NCBI RefSeq assembly: GCF_009914755.1
Contig: NC_060932.1
DNA: 64,000 nt
Reading direction: 5' to 3' (one strand)
Origin: the human T2T-CHM13v2.0 reference genome, Homo sapiens
Positions within the stretch are counted from its first letter, which is position 1. Each line of letters opens with the position of its first letter. Shown here piece after piece: positions 1 through 14,761 of the stretch. The notes under the pieces were generated by a model, which was not told the origin of the DNA, made no database searches, and was given only the letters and a program-made list of their open reading frames with translations. The position numbers were made by a program, and so were the translations under genes.

Positions 1-50
1 CTGTTGGCTGCATAAATGTCTTCTTTTGAGAAGTGTCTCTTCATATCCTT
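1..50 (-). mobile_element. End of a primate L1 (L1PA-like) fragment
   Basis: ctgttggctgcataaatgtcttcttttgagaagtgtct is characteristic antisense L1PA ORF2 3' sequence. Confidence 0.75.
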
Positions 51-404
51 TTTGAAGGATATTTTTAGAGGGCACTTTTTATCTTTGATTCTCAATAACT
101 TGACTATTTTGTGCTCAGGTATATTTTTCTTCATATTTATCCTGTTTGGAATTGATTGAGTTTCTTGGATTTGTGAGTTAATCTAAAGATTACATCCATT
201 TTTGAAAAGTTCTCAGCCATTGTGTCTTCAAATATTTTTTTCTCCCCTATTCACTCTAACCTCTTTTTTGGAGGACTCTAATTATTTAAAGTTAGACTGT
301 TAGATATTATCCTTCTCTTGTGGAAGCTCTCTTTGTGTTTTAAATGATTTTTTCTTTTTACATTTCAGTTTGGATAATTTTTATTGATATGTCTTTAAGT
401 TCAC

Positions 405-447
<43 letters not shown>

Positions 448-2400
448 AGACAGAGTCTTGCTCTGTTGCCTGGGCTGTAGTGCAGTGGCACGATCCGGTT
501 CACTGCAAGATCCGCCTCCTGGGTTCACGTCATTCTCCTGCCTCAGCCTCCCAAGTAGCTGGGACTAAAAGTGCCCGCCACCACGCCCAGTTAATTTTTT
601 GTATTTTTAGTAGAGACAGGGTTTCACTGTGTTAGCCAGGATGGTCTTGATCTCCTGACCTCGTGATTCGCCCGCCTCAGCCTCCCGAAGTGCTTGGATT
701 ACAGACAAGTTCACTGATTCTTTAGTCTGCTACATTCAGTCTGTTGTTAAACCCATCAAACAAATTATTTCTGATATTTCTATAGAATTTCCATTTAGTT
801 CTTTTCTATCTTTTCATGTTTCTGCTTAAACTCCTCAGCTTTTCAATAATGTTGTGCATTGTTCTCACTAGATTATTTAACATATTTATAACAATTATCT
901 TAAAGTTATTTTCTGCTAATTCCAACAGTTGGGTTGTATGTGGATCTCCTCTATTAATTTTTTCCTCTTTATCATAGGTATATTTTTCTGTTTCTTTGTA
1001 TGTCTTGTAATTTTGTATTATATACTAGAAATTGTGTATAAAAATGATAGTTATGACTACAGTAATACTGTGCTCAGAAAATATCATGCTTCTTCTTCTG
1101 TTAGGCTGCTGGTGAGAGATCTCAATCTGATTTGTAGTTGAGCAGGGTCTGGGCTTCATTGCAGCTTTAGTTAGATTCTGTTCACCACTGGCTTCAAATA
1201 TTTGAGGATGGGGTTGAGACTTTCCCTTCAGTGGGCTTTGAATCTCAGCACTACCACCACCAGACTCTAAAGGTCTCTATAGCTTACAGTTCAGCTTCCA
1301 GAATTCCAAGTACCATGAAAATGCTCTGTGCTTTATAGTTCAGCTGCCAGTTTTTTGGGGAACAGAGAAATTTCCTTTGCTTTTCATCTCTATCCCTAGG
1401 TCTCCTTACCTTGGGAGATCTATTTCTCCCCAGGCTGTTACACACTGCTCCCAGCCTTCAGCAAGACATTGCATTGCACTTGATGACAGCACCTCAGGGC
1501 ATCTATCTCAGCAATCCTGCCCCTTCCCCAGCTTTCATTAAGTCACTACTTTGCATTTGATTAAGGTCCTGTGTACCTTCAAAATAGACTCTCTCAGCCC
1601 TCATGCCTTGCTCCCAGGCTTTAGGGAATTGCTGACTTATACTTGGTGAAGGTCCTGTGAACCTCAGGGTTATTTTTCGTAACTTCCTTGTCCTTGTCCT
1701 TAGCCTTTGATTGGCCAGTGCCATGTATTCGGCGGAAGTTCAATATACCTGGGTGGGGACATCTTTTCTGTGTGCTTCAGGGAAATCTTTCTCAACTTTC
1801 TTGCTCTTCCCCTGGTCTTTAGTAGGCCACCGCCTTGCACTGTTATGGTCCTCTGCATCTTGGAATGGAGGGGATCTTTCTCAGTGTTCTTGCCCTGTCC
1901 TCAGTCATTGGTGGGCCACTGCATTTTACCCAGTAAAGATCCAGTGTGCCTCAGGCGGATTTCTCTTGGACCTCCTATCCTGCCTCTAGCATTGAGTATC
2001 CTGCTACTTCCACTTGGGGAATGCCCCATGGGAAAAAATTGGCAGGTGGGTAAAGATCAATATTTGACTGGATTACCTTGGAATTTGAATTTCTCATGCC
2101 AACCCACTGATGGCCACTAAAAATTTGTTAGCAGTTTACTTGATTTCTCCTTACCCCACTCTATAACGGAGTAACACCCTAGAGTTACTAGGAATGAAAG
2201 CAGTCATAGGACACTTTTCTCCTAGGAATGCATTGTGTCTTCCTAAGATTTGGTTTATTTAAATTTCTTTGCATCTTCTGCTCTCTGCTAGGCTTTAAGT
2301 TGACCGCAATATTGCAGCCTATTGAACTTGTACTCATTGTACTCATTATAAGGATGAGAGTGCAACTCCTGTAACTTTCTACATCGTAACCAAAAATTTG
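51..2400 (-). mobile_element. Old degenerate L1M-type element, interrupted by AluY; boundaries approximate
   Basis: T-rich antisense L1-like motifs, e.g. ttctcagccattgtgtcttcaaatatt and catttcagtttggataatttttattg. Confidence 0.55.
408..706 (-). mobile_element. AluY-like element, slightly 5'-truncated, with a 39-nt poly(A) tail
   Basis: Alu body preceded by a T-run at 408-446. Target-site duplication aagttcactgatt at 397-409 and 707-719. Confidence 0.93.
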
Positions 2401-2979
2401 GAAGTCAATTATTTCATGCCCAAAGTCTTCAGAGCCAGATCTTCTCTAACGACTTTGAAAATAATATGCTTTCTACTATCCTCCACATGCTTTCTCTGGC
2501 AAGTGCAATAGAATCAGATATGACCCACACTTCAGTGTTTTGCACTGAAACTTTTTCATTAGGGGGAAGGAAGATGAGATTCAAGAGAACTATTATTATT
2601 ATTACTTAAATTTTTTCTGGGAGTACCTGCTGTTAGCCAAGCAGTCATCCTGAGCCCTATCAAACTGAACCTACTAAATCTTTGTGTTATGACAATGTCT
2701 TTCACACAGATTTAGACCCTCACTTTTCTCTCTGCCACATACTTCTGGTGGAAGGTGTCCATTAGGTCCCTTTGTAAGAAAAAGGTTTACTTCATACCCT
2801 TTTCAGCTAGTTAAATCCCTACTCATTTTTTAAGATGTCAGTTAAATGCATATCTTCCATGAAGTCAGCCCCAGCACATCTTACAGCCTTGCTACACTGC
2901 TAGTGTAATCATCACCATTTTCTATTGTGTACATAATGCTAGGGGAAATATGAGACCTCCTTCTTAAAACTGCCCACAG

Positions 2980-3321
<342 letters not shown>

Positions 3322-3929
3322 AAGTGCTCACAGATTATCTAGAATTGGGTTTCCGTGACCTGACAGGTTATTATCTCCCTTGGAGTAAGGATGAGGGGCT
3401 AGACTAGCATCTTCCAAATCATAGGTCCTATGAGGGTAAGAGAGGTGGGTTTCCCTAAGAGAAAACGGGCTGCTCTTGGCAGGAAAGGGCACTAGCTGCC
3501 AAGGGGGTGATATTTAAAATGCTTTAATTAAAACTTAGTTGATATGAATGTTACCAGAAGAAAAAGACAATTGAGAGGAATGCTTAATTTGTACGTGTTT
3601 CAACCTAAAAACAAGACACAAGCGACATGGTACCCAGGAAAAATTTTCCAACATCCAATAAGATGGCTAATACCAGTAAATTGGTCTCTGCAAGGAAATG
3701 ATAGCCAACTTTTTTTCTTTCTTAACCACTGAGGACCCCTTGGTTAATTTCGCTTCCCTGGACCCCAATTTATTTCAAACACTTTGGCTGCCAAACTGCA
3801 ATTATCAAAAAAATATTAAACCACAGACTCTTAGCAATCATAGCTCAGCATTATTTTCCCTTCTTTTTAACTGCGTGGCAATTAACCTGGTGGCCAACCA
3901 AAAATAAATATACTAATTTCCTTATTTAA

Positions 3930-4274
<345 letters not shown>

Positions 4275-5259
4275 TAGACTTTATAATATATTGAAATATA
4301 TTGTGAATATGCAGTGAAGATCTTTAAAATAGTTATAACATTTGACCTGCCAATTTCATGTTTATTATTTGTCCTAAAACAGTGGTCAGGGATATGAACA
4401 AAGATTTATCTTGAGGAATATTTACCACTGCATTCATTACATTAAACTGTTGTTTAAATGTTTACCATACAATAGTAAGAAATTACAAAACACCTAAATT
4501 TCCAAGAGTAGAAGTTGAGTGAAAACAGTATGAAATATAGGAAATGGCCAGACAATGGAGCACTATGCAGCATTAACATTTGATTAGATAAGATGATTTA
4601 ATGACATGGAAATATGTTCTCTATACATTAAGTTTAAAAAAAATGTTCTAAAATGACATCTTTGGGGAGCAGCCAAAATAGCCTCCAAGTCTCCTTCTTT
4701 ATAGCTTAACATTTTTTTCTGCTCTAAGATGGGATGCTACGATCCTGTCTGATTAAAGACACATTTTAGGCCTGTTTTACCAGCATATTTGGTCAAGGAA
4801 ACCAAGTTATTTGCAGTTTAGTTTGGAACAGAAATTCAAACTTGGCAAATAATTTGCATATTGACAGAAGCATGTTTTCTTTCTTTATAAAATGTATGTC
4901 ACCAAGAAAGAAACAATAATTGGCACCTAAACTTCATTTCAGTACTGAGCTACCTCAATTACATTCCACTAAGTAGAATGAAAAACAGGCCATCCCTCAA
5001 AGGCAGACAAAAAAAAAAAATTGTGACTTAGCACAATTTCTGCTGATGGATTTCTGATTCCTGAATGTTATGACGATTTCATGTTAAGAGGCATTAAAAC
5101 ATGATTATAATTGAAAACAAGAGGGCCTGTGACACTAGAGGGACCACGGTTTAATTTGGATTAGTATTAAGGTCCTGAACATTAAACTAAGAATATTTCC
5201 TCTTCAACAGGTTAAAATAAACTATTTTGGCAAAATATTAACTATTACTAATAGGTAAA

Positions 5260-5480
5260 AACTACATATTGCTTGTACCAGGTGCTATTTTAAGAACTTT
5301 ACATTTATTAACTCATTTAATCCTCAGGAGAACTCTATAAAGTATAGACTACTACTTACCTGAAAAAACTGAGGCACAGAGAGATCAGGTAATTTCAATG
5401 AGGTCACAAAACTGTGAAGACAAAGAGTCAAGATTCGATCCCAGGTGGTTGGGCTCCAAAGACTGTAATTTTAACCTGTA
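5260..5480. mobile_element. MIR SINE
   Basis: tcatttaatcctca...aaactgaggcacagaga core motifs. Confidence 0.75.
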
Positions 5481-6907
5481 AACTTGGACAGTTTCATCTG
5501 CATGAGGCCAAAAGCTAATAAAAACCTTGAATCCACTCTAGTAGGTGAGTACCTCCACTGTATCCTCTAAAGCATGTTTCAGCCTAGAGGAGTACCCAAC
5601 CTAGTCTAATTTCTCCCCCAATATTTTGAGTTCCTGCATACCACGGAGGCTGCACAAAGTCAGGGGAGGCTAACGTAGGATGACGCAGGCATCTACACAT
5701 AACTTGTCATTTTCTCATCTCATGAATGGACTCAGTGGAAATGCTCAGACCATAAATCAACACCATCTGTAATTGAGGTTTGCTCAAGGTATCTTTGCAT
5801 GCTATAGCATTCATTGAAATATCTGTGAGGTACGTTAGAACCAAATTTAACAGTTACTTCTCCAACTAGCCTTCTCATTTGTTCTCCAACTTGGGAATGA
5901 TTCTATCATTAGACACACCCTGGGGCCAGATTTTACAAGTGGCACTATCATAACAGTGTGCCAGCTTAGGACCTGAGTTCACCACATTCCTTTCTGAGCC
6001 TACTCTGATGATTTGCCTTGGACTGGCCTTGTCCAAGCTCACCTTGACATCTGCCTTGTTCAGTGCTCAGTAGGCAGTTGTTGTTTAGAAAGTCTTTGTA
6101 AGTAACTATTTTAAAGTCACCATTTTACAGATGGACAAAGTGAAATACAGAACACAAAATGTGATTGATGTCATAAAGCAAATCAATGCTCCCAAATGCA
6201 ATTTGCCATTCGCTCTCCTGTAAATATGTGAAATTGGTGACTTAATGTTCTTACTGTAAAAATGCCCAAAGAAAGAGAATAGAAGAAGAGTAACAGAGTT
6301 GGGGGAGAGCTACCACTGGAATGGAAGGAGCGAGGGAGGAAAATAGGAAAGGAGGAAGGAGTATTGCGAGAACATAAAACCTTACTACAGTGGCCCTGAA
6401 TCATGGAGCTGCAACACACCTGGAGCACTTATAAATTCTTTTGAGAAATGCCAGTGTGACATACGCCTCACAAGCCAGCAATTCATGAACTCGATGCAGT
6501 AGTTGAAACCAAAGGGGTAATGGCCACAGCTGTCAGGATCCAGATGCTCTGGGGCTCGGCCCTGCCACTTTGTCCCAGCATTCATGTGAAGGAATGCTGT
6601 GAACTGGGCATATCACCACTGTTCACCCTGGCCTGCTTCCAACAGCACCGGCTGCATCTGGCCTGGAAGATGGCCATGGCTGGCGGCCCTATGTTCCCCA
6701 TAAGGTTGGGCACTGGGCTGCAGCCAGGCTGCGAGTGCTGGACCTACATCCAGCACACTCTCCGTCCAACCTCATCTGCCTGTCTACCCCAGAACCCCCA
6801 AGGAAGCTTGGCCTTTCCTGGCACACAGAATCCTCCTGAGAACTGGCGTCTTTCTGCAGTCAACAGAAAAGATGGAATGAAAACCACACAGATGAAAAGT
6901 CATGTCA

Positions 6908-6913
6908 TTTATT
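6908..6913 (-). terminator. Distal canonical AATAAA poly(A) signal
   Basis: tttatt on the + strand, followed on the - strand by a U/GU-rich element (CTTTTCATCTGTGTGGTTTTTC). Consistent with my recollection of a long EXT1 RefSeq 3'UTR. Confidence 0.7.
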
Positions 6914-7918
6914 AATAATTTCTTTTTTTTTTCTTCTATAAATTGGAAGGAAAAAGTCTTTGGTGACACTCTCTATAAAACAATCTATCTTGGATGGCGA
7001 AACCCAGACATAAAGTTACACAGGTCAGTGAAGTAAATCAATATCTATGGCTTTGTATTTTCTCACACGCGCTCTCTCACACATACTTGAGGGCTTAATT
7101 ACGCTAAGTCATTAATACTCTATAACAAATGGGAAAAACACTTCAGAAAAGACCTGTGGTGACACTACAAAAACATTGGCAACATATTAGAAAACTCTGT
7201 CCCAAGTGTACATCGTATACAAAATAAGGTATACTTTTGTTTTTTGCGTTACAATTTGCCACCTAAAATAGTTCCAGTTTTTGATGTCTTTCTTTCTGCC
7301 CCTCAACATATCCTATACATATTGTTCTCTCAAAATAAGTACACAAGGTTCATTACATGGTAACCAGGTCATTTGCATAGCCCTAGTTTTAGTAATAGTT
7401 ACAACCGAAAGGACAGGGATGTATTCCTGTAGGAGAAGAACAGAAAACTATTGCAGAAATCAAATGGCCTGAGGCCTAAAAGGCAAATCATTACAAAACC
7501 AGAGTGACTGAAAGGCTAGCCTGACTTGATTTTAAACAAGGGTGAGACTGTGCTATCCTGAGGGCTCAGCTTTCTCAAGGTTTGCCTTCTTCTCCTAGTT
7601 GCTGGGCCATGTTAAGTTCCAATTCTGGGTAGCTCACTGAGGTTCCTGATATAAAATGTATTGGAACTCTAGACCAGTGACAACTACAATCCCTACTAGG
7701 TAAAACTCATGGAGACAAAAGCCTTTGATTTTTGGAAAGGGCAAAAAGGGGAGAGATGGTTTTGAGGAGTCAAATCCATCATCACAATTATGGTGTAAAT
7801 AACAGCTTTTTTATCCAGAGGTTCTGTACAGCATTATTGAACTGATGGGAGAGACCACTATCTTAGGGTACTTAATCCCCCAAGCTTTTTTTTTTTTTTT
7901 AAAGAAAAAAAAAAGGGG

Positions 7919-8218
7919 GGCCAGGCGCAGTGGCTTACACCTGTAATCTCAGCACTTTGGGAGGCAGAGGCAGGTGGATCACCTGAGGTCAGGAGTTTGA
8001 GACCAGCCTGGCCAACATAGCAAAACCCTGTCTCTAATAAATATACAAAAATTAGCCCAGTGTGGTAGCACATGCCTGTAATCCCAACTACTAAGCAGGG
8101 TGAGGCAGGAGAATTGCTTGAACCGGGGAGGCGGAGGTTGCAGTGACTGAGCTGAGATCACACCAATGCATTCCAGCCTGGGTGACAGGGCAAGACTCTG
8201 TCTCAAAGAAAAAAAAAA
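7919..8218 (+). mobile_element. AluS-type element inside the long EXT1 3'UTR (antisense in the mRNA)
   Basis: Full dimeric Alu with an A tail. Confidence 0.95.
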
Positions 8219-11200
8219 GACTTGGTGTCAAAGGATAAACTAATCTCTTTATGCTGAAGTTCTTATACCAAGTGAGACAAGTTTAGCACAGTTTGATATT
8301 AATGCTTATTTGCTGAGAACTCAACTCAAAACAACTTTGTCCCTGTAAGCATGCCTGAGAAAATGAGGCTGATAGTGAAAGAAATTTCTTGGTTAAATCT
8401 GGCCAAGAATGACAAAACCAACTGAAAGGTTCTTGTCCATAGTCGCTGTAAAGGGGAACTAGGTAAATGAATTCAGCAACTGCGGTCCTGATGTACTGGC
8501 TGCATGTTGATTATATTCACAAGTAAGAGGCAGGAGCATTTTTATTTGAGAGTTCATGGCAATAACTGCTACTTTTAAATACTGGAGATCTCAAGAGACC
8601 CAAGGGAACACAAGACACTTCCAGGTCTGGGAAGTTTGCTTGGCTTTTGCATCCATAATTCAGCCTTGTCCAGCAAGAATCTCATTCAGATTCCAACCTA
8701 GTAAGGCTGTCTTCTCCCTGATCCTGCCCTCTAAACAGGTTTGTTCTTAAATCAAGTGCCCTGTTTTTTTTTTTTTTAATTAAAAAAAATAGTATATAGG
8801 CCTATTCACATTCATTCATCTCACCCCTGATTAAAGTTCAGTAACCTTTATGAAAGGCCACCAGCATAATACTCTTTCAAGTCACCAGGTATTTGAGAAC
8901 CACCAAAATAAAGGCTAACATAGCCTACTGTAATGAAAACCAAAAGTCATTCTAAAAGGGAAATTGAAGGATGCAACCGGATTGATCCTTCTTTGAGCAC
9001 CATTTGTCACAAGAAGAAATTAAACTGTAATGCACATAAGATTCCAGTAACAAGCTTCCCCTTTTTTTTTGAAGCATCTATCTGAAAGTGTGTTGATACG
9101 ACCAGGTAGGCCCACCTAGCTATGCTATCTTTTGTGGTATGACTATCGTGATTATTTCATGGATTTTTCTCTACAGTCTCAATTTTGAGCCATTTTGCTA
9201 GCTTCAACAAAGGTGATATGTATTAATGTATTTGTAAGCTTTGATATTTATAACACTTTCATATAAATAAATACACAGCCAGCTTTTAAAAAATTACTTT
9301 TAAGATCCTGTGTCTTAATGTGGAGCTGGGAAAAGATGCTGTGTGGAAATCCATAAGTGGCTGAGTCCTCTTTGGAATTTCTGCAAGCAATTCATTACGT
9401 GGTTGGCACTGTACTCTCAGCCCTTGGCTTCTCTCCAATGCAGCACATGTTAGCCCACTTAGGGACCCCTAGTTATCATTAAAGTTGACCAGGAGATAAT
9501 TCCTGACACCCTACAGAGATGGCTATGATTTGTCAACTTGTTGCAATGCAATACAACTCTTTCCTAACTGAATTAAAATTACATATTACTGTCGAGCTTC
9601 ACTGATTTGTTAAGCATTGTTCTATTCCCAGCCTTATATTCCAAATGGGAGAAGAACACGCTAGCTCACATCCCAAAGAGATTTGCTCAGAGAATGACAT
9701 AAAATGAAACTGTGGAGATTTAAAGTGGATGAAAGGTGTGTTATATCCTGTTCTTATTTATAATTACCATTTTTCTTCACATAACACATGTTGTTTGTGG
9801 AGGATATGTGTTGTGAGCTTGGTGACAGGTCAATCTGGCAAAGCAGGTCCTTGAATCCACTTGTGTGACTGACTGGTACAATTAGGGACATTGCTTTGCA
9901 AGCCAATATGACCACCTAAGTTTCAAGTTGGTTTTGGGGTCATTGAACAAAATATCGCATTTATTTTTTTGTAAAGGAGAAACAAGAATAATTTGCCAAT
10001 CCTGAAAAAAATAATTTAAATACAAATTCACAAAGGCCAAATGAATAAAGATTAACTGCTAATCTTTTAACTTGCTGAGAAGTGCAGCTTAAATGACATG
10101 AAACCTGTAAGACCAAACATTTTATAGAAAAGACACAAGTGCAAGCACCATGGACCTAAGAATTATTTTTCAACAAATGCCTAAGAGATAATCACATCTA
10201 CTTAGGGGAAAATGTCACATGTTTGAGAATGGACTATGGATGGGTCCAATTAGATGAGAGAGGTATTTAGGGAGCTGTTCTGAGTCATGAGGCTGAGGAG
10301 AAAATCCTCTCTTTAATTGAATTTCACTGTCTACGCACCTCTCAAAACACCATCTGGATATGTGGGCTCTACTCCTTGTTCTGCAGCTAGGTAGCCTGTT
10401 GAGTCACTTCTCTGGACTTCCACAAACACTTTCACTCCTGTTTACAGCACCATCCCCGTGCTATCATTACAAGCTCCTCTTCCTCTCCCAGATGTCTACA
10501 AAGAAAGGATGAGGTAAAGTCCAATGGACTTACGGTTTCCACTGACCTAAGATGGCCACTTGAAATTATCAGAACAAAATTCTCTGATGAACTTTTCTTC
10601 TAAAACAAAACTGAAAATAAATGGAAAAGAAATATGAAATGTATGAGAGTTTGAGGGAGGGACTCTAAAGTGCTTATTGTTTATTCAGCATAATACATGG
10701 TCAAACTCAATAATGTCTTTCTCTTCCCTGTTTTCTCTGGCCTCTTCCAAGTAGAAGAAAGCATTTAATATCAGAAGTCTCCATTTTTCATAACAGAGTT
10801 AGGGATATGTTTTTTTTTTCAGTTTATACTTGGAGTTTAACAATAATCATAAGCCCAAGATAGCATTTTCAGGGATAGAAATGTTCTTTTTAACAAGAAG
10901 CACAACTAAACTTTTCCACAGATTTAAAAATTAAAAGTAAATGAAACTATATTCACATTTGTTGTTGATTATTTTGTTTGCCAGATTCTTGCTCAAAACA
11001 ATGTTTGACCAAAAATGGCATTAGGGTCCCAATGGCGAGACATCTCCTCAGTTACTTTGCAGCAATCCTCTTGTTCATTGGTGTGAATTTCTACCTTATT
11101 ACCCCTTTTTCTTTCTCAAAAGAGAAACTCTGAAACTTGAGATTCTCACAAACATTAAAGAGTTCATCTTGTAAATAATCTGTTCTCCCCAATATACTCA

Positions 11201-11792
11201 TTATTCCTTGGCTTCTAAACCAAAGCCTCTTCCCAGTGCTACGCAGACTTAGGTCAATGGTTGAATCTATAACCGTGCCCCCAACCCCTGCAAGTATTGG
11301 GTTACTGTTGTGGGTCTGTATTTCCATCTCACTAACATGCTGGTGGGTTATCTGGATAGTTCTTTGTGCAAACTGAACATTTCTTAATTATACTAGTGTT
11401 TTCTTGGTACTAATTCCCCCCACCCCCCCAATGAAAAACGATTATCATATATATCTATCTCAAACATAGAGATTTCAGTTAGAACTGCCTACCTGGAAGT
11501 CGTAATACTTTCTTTCATGCAGCGACATTTTAGAGATAAAAGTTCAAGTGGATTTGAAGATTCGAAGTGGAAAACAATTTGCACTGGCAAAGTTGAATAA
11601 TGAAGTTACAACTTATGCTCAGTTATTTCTTGATAATGGGTAGAGTGACTTATTGTGTTTTCCACGAAGTTTGAGCTTTTGAAACTGCAGGGCACCCTAC
11701 ATGGCCATGACAATGATGTCTGTGGGAAAAGGAATAGCAGCTTTGAAATATTCACAACCAACACAATTTTGATTAAACAAAGAACTCTGGTT

Positions 11793-11860
11793 TTTAATAG
11801 TTTTGATCATTAAAAAAGTTTAAACCTGCATAGCAATCATTTCAAAAATAATTATTTAAT
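11793..11860 (-). terminator. Proximal poly(A) signals: two ATTAAA hexamers (11855-11860 and 11793-11798)
   Basis: tttaat on the + strand at both positions. A GU-rich element (TTGTGTTGGTTGTG on the - strand) lies downstream at about 11752-11766. Confidence 0.7.
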
Positions 11861-12115
11861 GTTCCATAATTAAACTGTACACAACCTAGTCTTGGGACAC
11901 AGAAGCCAGTGAGGTGAGTTTGGAGCAGTCTGGTGCAGTCCCAGGAGCCAGGAGTTGAGTTCTCATTGGCCTTTTTTTTTTTGTCATTCTGCTCATCTAA
12001 GTTTTTGGATAGTTGGCACAATCTGGCTCTGCTGATGAGTGGATCTGCACTGGGAAGAGAGAGCAGCTTGACCCCCATCCCTTCTTGCTTCCCCTCCCCC
12101 ACTCAGCCGGATTCC

Positions 12116-12301
<186 letters not shown>

Positions 12302-13908
12302 CTAGGGAGAAGGAGAGAAACAAGGATAATGATGAGAGAAGTGCAAGGTGAGATGGAAACATTGCAGAAAATGGAGTCAGGCAAATGAGCAAGCAGCAAA
12401 GCTTGGGGTCTGGCCCGGCCACCAAGTCTCACCATCTATGCACCTGCTGAAAATGCAATCGCTGATATTGGTTTTTCCCAAGGTATGCTACGTTCCTCAG
12501 TGTTAAAAACACAAAAACAAAGATTCATGTTGACTTTAATTCTCTAAAATTTATTGACTAATTCTCTGGTCAGTCCACGACTTAGCAACTGAAACTCGAC
12601 TACTACAGTGACTCAATCTAAAACCTCTCTTTGCACTTGGGACCAAGTACTAAGATTAAAGATGTGTTTCTGCTTTCAAAGAGTTTTCTAAATCCTTCCT
12701 GTTTATGTAGTTGATTTAGAAATACCCACCAACTTTTAGAAGTCTATCTTTCTCTCTATCCATCACTTCCTTCCTTCTACTATCTCTTTACCTTTATAAA
12801 GGTCCTACTAAATCCTTTGTTAAAAATTCACATATATAGTTGAAGAAGAACAAAATAGTGCCTTTTACATGTCACTCAAGGCTAGTGTTACGCAGCATCT
12901 AAAACTCCGTTTTCTCTTCTGTAGCCTCCCCATTGACGTGACTCCATGAGGATGAGAAGGTGAGATTCAGTGGTATATAGAGCATGTTGCTGTATGACTA
13001 ACTTTATACTAAAATCTCAAAATTCTGTTCTTCTCTTAACCCAAGAATTGTTGGCTTTCCTGCTTGACTAAAACCCCCAAAGGTTACTTTTTAAAGGGCA
13101 ATCAGCCCTCCAAAGAATCACTGCTCACCCAGAATAAAGATTAACTCTCGACAAATAGAAAAGATGGCTACCATGTTTTTAGCTCTCTGTGTTGCCCCTA
13201 AAGTTGGTTAAATATTTTTAGATCATGCAAATGATTGGCATTGATTTAAAAAGAATGCCTTAATGACTGGAGTGCTGAAATTTAAATAGAATGACTAAGC
13301 ACATTGTCTTTCAATCCCTGTTTTTATGAAACATGGAAAAGATGGGCTGCCCAATTATGGGGGAACCCCCACAAGCCCATTTATGTCAATAGGCAAGTCT
13401 TTAATGATGTATATGTATGCACGTGTGTTCTGTGTATTTGTTGTACTCACAGTTTTAGAAAAATACTTTCATGGGAAGATACATTTTAGTGTGAGAAGCA
13501 GTAAGAGTCACTTCAGAATCATAGTGTCAACATGCTCGAAAATAACATTGAAGATAAACACAAATGTCAAGTTACCTCTGAACAGCAGAATAACAAACAA
13601 AACACTATTTGTAAAGTGTTTTCATGGAGTTCATTTGAATCTCACCACAATCTGGTGAAGTATCTACCCAGGTAATAACATCCCCATTTTATAGCTGAGG
13701 AAGCAAGTTTAAGAAAGTTAGAGTTATTTGTTCAAGGCTAGAGAGGGGCAGAACTCAAGCTTCATTCTTCAGCCTTTATATGAGGGGAACTCTACTTGAT
13801 AAATCAGAGAAAGATATCAAATGGAGCTGACTGGTTGAGTTCATATCAGAGTAGACAATCCCAAATGTAACTTGTTTTGACCCTAAATGGATATGAGTTT
13901 GTGGGCCA

Positions 13909-14222
<314 letters not shown>

Positions 14223-14761
14223 TGATTGGCCCACTCATTCCCAAAGGGCGCTGTACCCAGGCAAAATACTCATATATGCAACTAGAAATACTGTCTAGAG
14301 TTTACACTCATTCCTATTCAAAAAATTTTTTTTAAAGTTCAGTTGAATCATTCAGGTATCGTTTTGCTTCTAGATGTTAACATTTATTCTGAGTCAACCA
14401 ACATCTATTAGAAAAGATGCCTTTCTTATGTAATAAAAGCCTAATCCTAGAGGATGATATCTATTTACTTTACCGGTCATACAAACATTCAATAAATTAA
14501 TGTGTATGATGGAAAGAAGGGGGCAAATATAGTACCTGAATACACCTAGTTAGACCTAAGGTTAAATTTAGATTTTTTTGTTAAAGATGTATGAATTACT
14601 AGAAATACTGTTTGGTAGAATTAGGCTAATCTATGAAAATAGCACAAATCCACCCCCTAAGAGGCCTTGTATGACTAGAATTCCCCACTTAGTGAGTGTT
14701 CTGAAGAACTCTGAGTAAAAAAATATTTTTAAAATGTCATGTCCTTAAATGAGATAATATA

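Larger units (their letters stand above)
6890..12115 (-). other. EXT1: EXT1 3'UTR (short form to about 11770, long form to about 6890)
   Basis: Follows the stop codon and is largely repeat-poor except for one Alu. It is bounded by poly(A) signals with U/GU-rich downstream elements. Exact cleavage sites are inferred. Confidence 0.75.

Noticed and set aside
7886-8789. Two T-run/A-run palindromes (7886-7914 and 8764-8789) in the long UTR
   Set aside because: They are low-complexity homopolymers with weak A-U hairpins, relevant mainly as oligo-dT mispriming sites.
9218-9275. + strand AATAAA (9266-9271) with upstream TGTA motifs, suggesting a convergent antisense transcript end
   Set aside because: Such hexamers are expected by chance in AT-rich UTR sequence, and there is no other sign of a + strand transcript.
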